In this document: piece after piece, positions 18,385 through 26,358 of the stretch
Numbering within the stretch: position 1 is the stretch's first letter
How the letters are laid out: every line of letters starts with the position of its first letter
Source of the DNA: Candidatus Heimdallarchaeota archaeon B3_Heim
GTDB taxonomy: Archaea > Asgardarchaeota > Heimdallarchaeia > Hodarchaeales > Hodarchaeaceae
NCBI GenBank assembly: GCA_003144275.1
Contig: NJBF01000021.1
Span: 30,001-62,000 of the forward strand
Length of the DNA stretch: 32,000 nt
Reading direction: 5' to 3'
Notes under the pieces: model-generated
Database searches by the model: none
What the model saw: only the letters and a program-made list of their open reading frames with translations
Told to the model about the DNA's origin: nothing
Made by a program: the position numbers and the translations under genes

Positions 18385-20859
18385 ATGGTACAGCTCAAAT
18401 TTTTGCTCCGTTGGTCGTTCCGAGACTTAAGGGAACGAAAATTCCAGGTACTTGCGCTCTCAATAATCATTGGATTGGGAACGGGCGCCTATGTGGGTTT
18501 AAGCAGTACAACTCCTTGGAGACAGTACGCATTTGACCAAAGTAATGAAAAACTGCATATGTTCGATCTTAAGATGGAGTTAGCATTTGGAAGTTGGGTT
18601 AATCAAACTCGACTTAGATCGGCTTTGAATAGTTTACCTCATGCTAATTGGATAGAGGCCATGGAGCTAAGAGTAGTTTTTCCGATTTCCGTCAATGCTT
18701 CAACTGAGAATAAAACGATTCTAGTGAATGGTAGAATTATTGGAATAAATGTTACTTCAGGGTCAGAAAATTTAGAGGTAAATGGAATAGAAGTAGTTGA
18801 TGGAAGAAATATCAACTCTTCTGAAAATAATGCCTCAGTTTGTATTATTGAATATAACTTTGCTCAATATTATAATCTTCAACCTAAGGACCAAAATATT
18901 GTCATACCGGGTGGAATGAATCTTTCCTTTATCGGTAGTGGTCTCAGCCCCGAATATTTTATGGTAATAGAAGGTAATGCCGTCAAAGCCGAGGCAGTCT
19001 TTTGTGCATTATTCGTACCAATGGAAACAGCTCAAAGAATTTTGTACCAACAGGTTGGGTTACCCTTGGGTCATGTTAATGAAGCTATCTTCCTTATGTC
19101 GTCAGAAGCCGATTTCAATATCATTGAAACAGAAATTTCGGAAGCATTTGAGAATGATTTTCCTACAATTGATGTTAAATTTACTGAAAAAGACGAATAT
19201 CCAGCATATCGTATCCAGAAAGAAGATATCCCTACGGATCAACAAATGTATTTCATAATTTCTTTTCTAATTCTTTTAGCAGCTGCTTTTGGTACATTTA
19301 ATCTTGTTTCAAGAGTTATTAATTCTCATAGGCGTCAAATTGGAATAAATATGGCTCTTGGTGTACCTCCTTCACAATTGGCTATTCGTTATTTGATATT
19401 TTCTCTTGAAATCGCAATTGGGGGGGTATTTTTTGGCTTATTTCTTTCCCAATTTCTGGGTGAAAGACTTGGTTCAGTATTAGCAGAATTAATTCCTTTC
19501 CCTGTGTGGAAGGAATGGTTAGTGGTTGATTTATTTTTGCAGGGAGCGATTCTCGGTATACTAATTCCATTTTCTGCGACAGTTATTCCAATTTGGAGAG
19601 CAACAAGAGTTCGACCTATTCAAGCAATACAAACCAGTTACACACTTTCCACAGGTAAAGGGGCAGCTCCTCTGCTTGAACGAATTCATTTCCCTGGTTC
19701 CATATTTCTACAACTTCCATTCCGAAATTTTGCTAGAAATCCTCGTAGGACATTTTCCACTGTAATGGGAGTTGCCCTTTCACTCTCAGTTCTTATCGCA
19801 ATTCTCTCTCTTCTTGATGGTGGTACTTATCTTCTTGACCGTGAGCAAGCTATTATGGAGGGAAATTCACCAAATAGATTGCATGTTGGTTTAAACGATT
19901 TTTATAATACTTCAACAGAAACCGTTACAAATATGACTCAGAATAAAAAGGTGGAAAAAGCTGTGCCCGCCATTGAAATTCCTGGTACAATCATTGGGCC
20001 TAAGGATTCATTTTCACTGAGTATCCACTTCTTTGACCTTAGAAATGAGATTTGGACTCCAGAATTAAGTGAAGGGACTGTAGAAACAACGTCATCCCAA
20101 CCAGGTATTATATTATCCAAAAAAACTGCAGATGATCTTGATGTTACTGTAGGTGACACTCTCACTCTTGAACATTTATTCCGTGAAACCTCATATCAAT
20201 ACTCAATGATGAATACAACGGTCGAAATAATAGGGGTCTATGGAAGTCAAGTACGATTTTGGGCGTTCATGGATCTAACGGATGATAATATATTGAATTG
20301 TACAGGACTTATCAACTCCCTAATCTTACTCCCTAAACAGGGTGTATCAATTGAATCAATTAAAGTGGACTTGTTCGAAATTCCCGGTTATAGTGGAGTG
20401 CAAACCATAATCAGACTTGTGGAGACTTACGAAGAATTGATTGAATTATTCACATCAATTTTAACTGTAATTCAATATGCAGTCATGGCACTCGCTTTAT
20501 TAATGGCATTTAATACTGCAACTATCAATTTTGATGAACGACTACGCGAATTTGCTACAATGGGTGCTTTTGGAACACCGATTAGGACATCAATCTGGAT
20601 GATGATGGTAGAGAGTATTATTATTGGTGTATTCGGAACGTTATTTGGTTTTTATCCTTTAGGATTGATCGTAATGGAGATTTTCCAAATCCAAATTCGG
20701 ACTTCAATGCCAGAAGTAAATCTTGCTGGATTTCTCTTTCCTGATAGTATCGCGATCATTCTCTTTATCGGGGTAGTACTTGTCGCATTAACACCTCTTC
20801 TTTCTATTCGTAAATTGGCTAAGATGGATCTTCCGTCAGCTCTTAGGGTGATTGAGTAG
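18385..20859 (+). CDS. Large FtsX/MacB-like ABC permease with two FtsX domains
   Basis: Two repeats of TM, extracellular domain and 3 TM, with FtsX motifs RRQIGINMALG and RLREFATMGAFG. The ATG at 18385 (MVQLKF), 4 nt after the ATPase stop, is preferred over TTG 18361. Confidence 0.9.
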   Translation: MVQLKFLLRWSFRDLRERKFQVLALSIIIGLGTGAYVGLSSTTPWRQYAFDQSNEKLHMFDLKMELAFGSWVNQTRLRSALNSLPHANWIEAMELRVVFPISVNASTENKTILVNGRIIGINVTSGSENLEVNGIEVVDGRNINSSENNASVCIIEYNFAQYYNLQPKDQNIVIPGGMNLSFIGSGLSPEYFMVIEGNAVKAEAVFCALFVPMETAQRILYQQVGLPLGHVNEAIFLMSSEADFNIIETEISEAFENDFPTIDVKFTEKDEYPAYRIQKEDIPTDQQMYFIISFLILLAAAFGTFNLVSRVINSHRRQIGINMALGVPPSQLAIRYLIFSLEIAIGGVFFGLFLSQFLGERLGSVLAELIPFPVWKEWLVVDLFLQGAILGILIPFSATVIPIWRATRVRPIQAIQTSYTLSTGKGAAPLLERIHFPGSIFLQLPFRNFARNPRRTFSTVMGVALSLSVLIAILSLLDGGTYLLDREQAIMEGNSPNRLHVGLNDFYNTSTETVTNMTQNKKVEKAVPAIEIPGTIIGPKDSFSLSIHFFDLRNEIWTPELSEGTVETTSSQPGIILSKKTADDLDVTVGDTLTLEHLFRETSYQYSMMNTTVEIIGVYGSQVRFWAFMDLTDDNILNCTGLINSLILLPKQGVSIESIKVDLFEIPGYSGVQTIIRLVETYEELIELFTSILTVIQYAVMALALLMAFNTATINFDERLREFATMGAFGTPIRTSIWMMMVESIIIGVFGTLFGFYPLGLIVMEIFQIQIRTSMPEVNLAGFLFPDSIAIILFIGVVLVALTPLLSIRKLAKMDLPSALRVIE

Positions 20860-21053
20860 TAAATAAATTCTTGAGGCAATTTTTAGTAATATTAGGGAAA
20901 TATCAGGATCCAATTAGTCTCTATATTGGAAAAGAATAACTCTCAAATATCGTTTAACCTGTATGAAAAATCAAAATACTAAAATACTAAAAATTTAGAT
21001 TCACACAGGATTCTCGAATAATAGACGTTTCTGTAAATTCTGGAAGTAAAAAT

Positions 21054-21572
21054 ATGAGTTTTCTTCGTCGACGTAAATCGAAGGTAAAAACCATCCGTAG
21101 TGATTCAAAACTTGATCTTCAAAAAGGAATGGAGGCTAGTAGGGAAGAACGAGGCAAACTTGGAGAAACTCGCCCTCTATCTAGAGAGCGCCCTCAATTA
21201 AGTTTGGAGGAAAAGATCACACGTCTTGAAGAGAGATTAAACACTGCAGAAACTCGAAGTAGTCCCCCTCAACATATTTCTGTCATAAGGAATCTTGCTA
21301 AAGGATACACCAAGCTTGGGAGTAAAGAAGATGCAGCTTATTATGCAAAAGCAGAAAATCTTTACAAACAATTTTCGGTATTGTACCCATTACACATGGA
21401 AAAAATTGATTGGCTTGCGTGGATTGAGGCAAGTGCAAAAGCAAGACTTATTCGAGAAGCAAGAATTCTTTTAGCTGAAGCTCGTCTTCTTTTCCCTGGT
21501 GATGTCCAATTCGATGAGGTCGAAACAAAAGTTCTTCACATTGATCATGGTAAAGCTGACGAAAGTACCTAA
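21054..21572 (+). CDS. Hypothetical protein with basic N-terminus, short coiled coil and TPR-like helical C-terminus
   Basis: Isolated 172-aa ORF. LEEKITRLEERL heptad; A..LY...P and A..LFP patterns resemble TPR helix ends. Confidence 0.6.
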   Translation: MSFLRRRKSKVKTIRSDSKLDLQKGMEASREERGKLGETRPLSRERPQLSLEEKITRLEERLNTAETRSSPPQHISVIRNLAKGYTKLGSKEDAAYYAKAENLYKQFSVLYPLHMEKIDWLAWIEASAKARLIREARILLAEARLLFPGDVQFDEVETKVLHIDHGKADEST

Positions 21573-21603
21573 CTCCCTTTGATTCCTCATATCTACTTCT
21601 TAT

Positions 21604-22809
21604 TTATGCTAATGAGGAATTCTTGGATAAATTTTCTTTGTAGAACAGTATGCCAATTAAGAGCCCGAATAATGAAATACTACCCGCAAGGAGAAAATTA
21701 AATCTAATAATACCAGAAAAATCTGCCATATAAGCCCCAATTAATGTTCCTAATGCCTGGCCACTATATGTAACTGCCGAATATAACCCCATAGCTAATC
21801 CTCTTGTACCTGTATATGTGTTTTCAGATATAGCGACTGGTACAACAACGAAAAATGTACTATAGGCTGGAATGCTATATAAAGCCAACACAATGAAAGG
21901 ATCAGTAGCAAAAATAAATGTTAAGGTAGGCAACACAAAGTAAATAATGAGACCAATTAAAATGACTCGCTTTTTAGCAAAACCGGCAGAAATTAACCTA
22001 CCAACCAGAAAAGAAGCTCCCATCCCGATTATCGTTGCTAGCGAATTCGCTACAGCGGCAAGATTTACAGGCTGATTAAGGTCTGACTCAATGAATATTG
22101 TGAAAAAACTTGTATATAATGCAACCGATGTTTGTGTAAATAGTACTAATAATAGGAGAACAGCAATAGGTTTCAAAGCTTTTATAATAGAAACGGATTC
22201 AACATTAGATAGATCAGTTGTCAATTTATTTGAATAATTCCTCGCTAATATTTTCTTTTCAGAATCTAATAGCAGAACACCACAAAAAGCGATAAGGGAA
22301 AATATTGCTGCGGTTAGGAATAATGGACGAAAGTCATGGGTTTCACTATCTAATAAAATAGATGCTAATAAAGATCCCAAGAAAAATCCTAGGCTTGCCC
22401 ACATTGCAAGACGTCCAAAAACATTGCCTTGCTCAGATTGATTTGATTCTGTTCTGACTGATACATACCTATTATAAGCAGGGGCAAAAGCTGAAATCAG
22501 AACATTAAAACCAATATATGCAAGAAAGAAAATCCATGGAGTTGAAATATTGTAATAGACAATAAAAGAGGATACTTGCATAAGAAGTGCGAAGAAAATC
22601 AAATTTTTTGATCCAATGATATCACTCAAACGGCCAAAAATAGCAGTAGAAAAAATAAAGGCAATATAAGGAATACTAATAATAAAACCTGCTCCAAGAA
22701 AATCCCCTCCCGATATATTATAGAAATACCAGCTAATAAAGGGCGTACTTAAAGCAACAGGAAAATGATAGAGAAGATAAACTGTTTCAGTCTTACTTAT
22801 GAGACCCAT
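21604..22809 (-). CDS. Major facilitator superfamily transporter
   Basis: About 12 hydrophobic helices, motif A FGRLSDIIGSK, second-half repeat VGRLIS and RGLAMG. Confidence 0.92.
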   Translation of the reverse strand: MGLISKTETVYLLYHFPVALSTPFISWYFYNISGGDFLGAGFIISIPYIAFIFSTAIFGRLSDIIGSKNLIFFALLMQVSSFIVYYNISTPWIFFLAYIGFNVLISAFAPAYNRYVSVRTESNQSEQGNVFGRLAMWASLGFFLGSLLASILLDSETHDFRPLFLTAAIFSLIAFCGVLLLDSEKKILARNYSNKLTTDLSNVESVSIIKALKPIAVLLLLVLFTQTSVALYTSFFTIFIESDLNQPVNLAAVANSLATIIGMGASFLVGRLISAGFAKKRVILIGLIIYFVLPTLTFIFATDPFIVLALYSIPAYSTFFVVVPVAISENTYTGTRGLAMGLYSAVTYSGQALGTLIGAYMADFSGIIRFNFLLAGSISLFGLLIGILFYKENLSKNSSLA

Positions 22810-23016
22810 TCTAGAAAAACCAGTTTTGATTGCTTATTTACACTGTATAGAGGGAGGAAAAAAGAGAGTTTTTATGTCCGCTTATTCATTGTAAATATCA
22901 TCATCCCCAATAACAAAAACAATCCCCTCTGATTCTCTAGTTCCCCTTTCAGAGAGCTTATAAAATCGAATTTTACCCTAGTATTCAAACCTCTTGAAAA
23001 ATGAAGGTATATAATA

Positions 23017-23346
23017 ATGACATATTGTGAAACCTGTGGAAAAGAAAATACTGATAACGCTAAATTTTGTAAGAGCTGTGGTGCTACCTTGCAACCCTCT
23101 GGTTCAGGAAGGCAATCCGCACAATATTCACCCAATAAGCAGTCAATAGGCTTTGGAGAGCAGCGTACTGGAGAAAATCTTGTTTTGCGATGCACTCTTT
23201 GTGGTAGTCAAGATTTCGTTAAGTATAAGGGGAGGTTAGATTTTAAATGGGGTTTTACGAGCTTTAAAGTTGTGATGATGAGCTGTCGGCACTGTGGGCA
23301 TATAGAGCTCTTTAACCGCGGAAGAAGTATCTTCGATTTTGATTAG
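23017..23346 (+). CDS. Small protein with two zinc-ribbon domains
   Basis: CETC...CKSCG at the N-terminus (zinc_ribbon_2 type) and CTLCG...SCRHCGHIELF (DUF2082/zinc_ribbon_13-like). Confidence 0.8.
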   Translation: MTYCETCGKENTDNAKFCKSCGATLQPSGSGRQSAQYSPNKQSIGFGEQRTGENLVLRCTLCGSQDFVKYKGRLDFKWGFTSFKVVMMSCRHCGHIELFNRGRSIFDFD

Positions 23347-23382
23347 GTCAATCACTCTGGATTTTTTTATGAGCATCGTACA

Positions 23383-23838
23383 GTGACGAAAACTTCACCT
23401 GTTGGTTCCTTAACTGAGCCTAAACGTTTACCCGAGATTTTTATGAACCACAAAGTGAAATATCTCGCTACCGCAAATATTAGTTACCCCGTGGATTTTA
23501 TGAATAAAATTTTAAGGGCAAAACAGACTAATGGCCCTTCTTATATACAGATTTCAACTCCTTGTGTCCCAGCGTGGGGAATTGAGTCAGCTCAGATGAT
23601 TAGAATTGCTAAAAAAGCTGTAACAACTGGATATGATATTTTATATGAATTTATTGAGGATGAGGTTATTCTATCAAATCTCAGTAGACCTTATCTTGAT
23701 AAATTAAAAAGAGATCCTCTAATTGAATATCTTAAACCCCAAAAGCGATTTTCACAAATAATAGATAACCCTCAAGCACTAACTGAATTAGATGAGAAAA
23801 TCGATAAGCACTGGGAGAGATTAAGTATTATTCGGTAG
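23383..23838 (+). pseudogene. porB: C-terminal half of a pyruvate/2-oxoacid:ferredoxin oxidoreductase beta subunit (5'-truncated)
   Basis: TKTSPVG, YLATANISYPVD..KI..A...GPSYIQI..PC...WG, AV.TG...LYE and EYLKPQKRF match the PorB C-terminus. The N-terminal CxGC and GDG..N TPP motifs are missing. Confidence 0.75.
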
Positions 23839-23857
23839 TGTAAAACTAATGGAAAAT

Positions 23858-24823
23858 TTATTTCCACACTTTTCGGAAGACTCGTTCAAAATTCCCACCC
23901 ATGATTCTTTGAATATCCTTTTTACTAAAGCCTTCTTTTTCAAGTAAAGGTTCTAAATTTTTCATTTTTCTGGCATCCTCCAACCCTAGAGGAGTTGTTG
24001 CAATACCATCAAAATCAGAGCCTAAACCAACATGCTCTGTTCCGATTAGATCTGTTATGTATTTGATATGTTTAATCACATCATCTATCGAAGTTTTTTC
24101 GGGAGTTGGAGATAGAAATTTCGGATAAAAATTCACTCCAACAACTCCATCTGCTGAAGCAATCATTTCTAATTGGTCATCAGTCAAATTTCTGGATATA
24201 GGACATACAGAATGAGCATTAGAGTGAGAATCAATGAAAGGGCCATCTGTAAATTGCATTACATCCATATACCCTTCGTAATTTAAATGTGCTACATCGA
24301 TTAACATCCCCAGATTATTCATATCCTCTAATAGCTGAATCCCATCTTTAGATAATCCCCGACCAGTTTTTTTCTCTGTAAAGCTGACTCCTTCTCCAAA
24401 TAAGTTTTGTCTACTCCATGTAATACCTATATTCCTTACTCCTAATTCATGTATCAACGGTAATATTTTAAGGTTTCTTTCTACTGCTATGGCTCCTTCT
24501 ATGCTTAGAACCATTCCTGTAGTAGAGTTTTTATTCTGAGAAACGTAATCAAGATCTTTAGATGATTTAACTATGATAAAATTCTCATTTAATGCCTTTT
24601 CTTTTGCTATTTGAATCATCTCAAGTGTAACTTCAAGTCCAATTTTCTCAAGCTTCGGAGGAACAAACATTGCAAAAACCTGAACATTAACCTTTCCTTC
24701 TTCTAAAAACGCTTTTGTTATGTGCATTGGATCTTTCTCTTGAGATGAAAATCTCATAAGTGATCCGAAATACAATTTCAGTAGGGTATCAGCATGGGCA
24801 TCAATTACTAAATTCTCTGTCAT
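23858..24823 (-). CDS. Membrane dipeptidase (peptidase M19/renal dipeptidase family)
   Basis: IDAHAD, SIEG, TWSRQN, IDVAH, DSHSN, RNLTD, GLGSDFDG, MGGNF.RV. Confidence 0.93.
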   Translation of the reverse strand: MTENLVIDAHADTLLKLYFGSLMRFSSQEKDPMHITKAFLEEGKVNVQVFAMFVPPKLEKIGLEVTLEMIQIAKEKALNENFIIVKSSKDLDYVSQNKNSTTGMVLSIEGAIAVERNLKILPLIHELGVRNIGITWSRQNLFGEGVSFTEKKTGRGLSKDGIQLLEDMNNLGMLIDVAHLNYEGYMDVMQFTDGPFIDSHSNAHSVCPISRNLTDDQLEMIASADGVVGVNFYPKFLSPTPEKTSIDDVIKHIKYITDLIGTEHVGLGSDFDGIATTPLGLEDARKMKNLEPLLEKEGFSKKDIQRIMGGNFERVFRKVWK

Positions 24824-24827
24824 ATTT

Positions 24828-25607
24828 TCACATCAAAAAATCATCTAACTGTTTTGTTCTTACAACATTTGAAGGACGCTTAACTGTAGGGAAAATGTCT
24901 TGCCAAGGTATACTTACTGACGTTAGATTATGGATTTTTAGGTAAGAAAGAACTTTTTTTGGTATATGATTAGCTACCAGAATACCCCGAACCTTTTCCC
25001 CTTGGTTTAGGAAAAATTCGATATACCGATGTAATTGATACGCATCATTTAATGTAGCGGCTTGTTTCTTCACTTCAATCACTACATAGTTATTATTTGA
25101 ATCTTGGGCGTATAAATCAATAAATCCAAAAGCGATTTCCTTTTCTCGCTCAATAATGGTAAGATCTGGTTCAATGAGGTCAGGATGGAGAATTAACTGA
25201 TTTACAAAAGCTTTCTCATCACCATAAGTATGACCGCCTTTCCGAACTTCATCACTGATCTCAAGAAAGGCAGCGAATAATATAGTGTAAAAAGTGATGA
25301 AAAACGATTCGTCTGTTTTAGGCCGATAAGATTCCATAATTAGGGTCTTTTTCTCACTATTGTGAGTGAAAACAATCTTGCCTGCTTTAGCTTTTTGCCA
25401 CTGAACAGGACGGGTTCCGGTTGCATTATGAAGCAAAATACTTCCATCTTTCTTGATTAGAAGAGTTCGATCTCCTTTTTCAAGTGTGGACTTAATACGA
25501 CCATCAAAAATTGAGTCACAAATCCCCACAAGAATGATAGTATCTTTAGTAAGGTGAGAAGGAAGGATTTCAGCAAGCTTGGATAGTTCTTTTGGAAGTA
25601 TATCCAA
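24828..25607 (-). CDS. nucS: Mismatch-specific endonuclease NucS/EndoMS
   Basis: N-terminal DRTLLIKKDGSILLH..TG..PVQWQ, RecB-like nuclease IDLYAQD..VVIEVK..QLHRY, and C-terminal PIP-like TKQLDDFL. Confidence 0.92.
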   Translation of the reverse strand: MDILPKELSKLAEILPSHLTKDTIILVGICDSIFDGRIKSTLEKGDRTLLIKKDGSILLHNATGTRPVQWQKAKAGKIVFTHNSEKKTLIMESYRPKTDESFFITFYTILFAAFLEISDEVRKGGHTYGDEKAFVNQLILHPDLIEPDLTIIEREKEIAFGFIDLYAQDSNNNYVVIEVKKQAATLNDAYQLHRYIEFFLNQGEKVRGILVANHIPKKVLSYLKIHNLTSVSIPWQDIFPTVKRPSNVVRTKQLDDFLM

Positions 25608-25650
25608 TTATAACCCTCAATGGTTTGTCTTCAGTAAAATTTAGCTAATA

Positions 25651-26100
25651 TTAGTCTAATTCTGCGAGTACGTCTTCAAGTAGACTTTTTGAGATATTTT
25701 CTTCTACTGTTTGAGCAATTCGCAGTAGATTGATCTGATCACTTATTTCTGTGGTATAGCGATTAATTCCCTTTTTCACCTTCTGAACATTGGCATTCTG
25801 GGAAATAACTCCAACTAAAATGCAATCTTCGCTGATCGATTGTAAAATAAGTTTGCCAACACTAAACTCAGAAAAAACAAAGTCCAGAGGTCCTAATTGT
25901 ACTTCATTTCCTTGTTGTCTCATTCCAATGAATAGTGCCATGGATAGAGCACCAATTCCTTCTAATTCTAGTATTGAAGATGATCTCGTTACATTAGCTA
26001 ACGTAAGCCCAGTTGAATCTGTAAGCATCGCATGTTGGAGTCCAGGAGTATTTTTAATGATTTTAACAAGAATATTGTGAATACTAAGTGAGATATCCAT
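25651..26100 (-). CDS. Roadblock/LC7 (MglB-like) domain protein
   Basis: PGLQHAMLTDSTGL..A...E.IGALS.ALF...LGPL...EF..GKL pattern. The ATG at 26100 follows SD AGGTGA, so the ORF-track GTG at 26109 is probably part of the SD. Confidence 0.85.
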   Translation of the reverse strand: MDISLSIHNILVKIIKNTPGLQHAMLTDSTGLTLANVTRSSSILELEGIGALSMALFIGMRQQGNEVQLGPLDFVFSEFSVGKLILQSISEDCILVGVISQNANVQKVKKGINRYTTEISDQINLLRIAQTVEENISKSLLEDVLAELD

Positions 26101-26275
26101 GAATTTCACCTGAAGGGTTTATTAGATGTCAAGAAGTACAATAAAAGATATTAGAAATTTCCTTATTAAATATTTGCCCATTTTTTACTCCCATAGAAGA
26201 AGAAGGAATTACTTCTCATGAAAATTTTCTGTCAAGATTTTACACCATGAAAAATTCTTCCTGTTGAGATAAACT

Positions 26276-26300
26276 AGTATTCCATCAAAGAGGGAATACT
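26276..26300. promoter_or_regulatory. Inverted repeat upstream of AOR
   Basis: AGTATTCC-N9-GGAATACT, 58 nt before the AOR start codon. Confidence 0.35.
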
Positions 26301-26358
26301 GCCATATTTCTGGGTGAGATTTTTATTAATTTCGTAGCAAATCTCTTTTCTGATTAAA

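Noticed and set aside
20973-20992. Tandem AAAATACT x2.5.
   Set aside because: Too short and AT-rich to be meaningful.
23017-23838. The zinc-ribbon ORF and the porB fragment are in the same frame, separated only by one TAG (23344-23346) and 12 sense codons, suggesting possible pyrrolysine readthrough.
   Set aside because: SIFDFD looks like a natural terminus, the linker matches neither family, and the fusion has no functional logic. Same-frame adjacency occurs one time in three by chance, and no pyl genes are visible.
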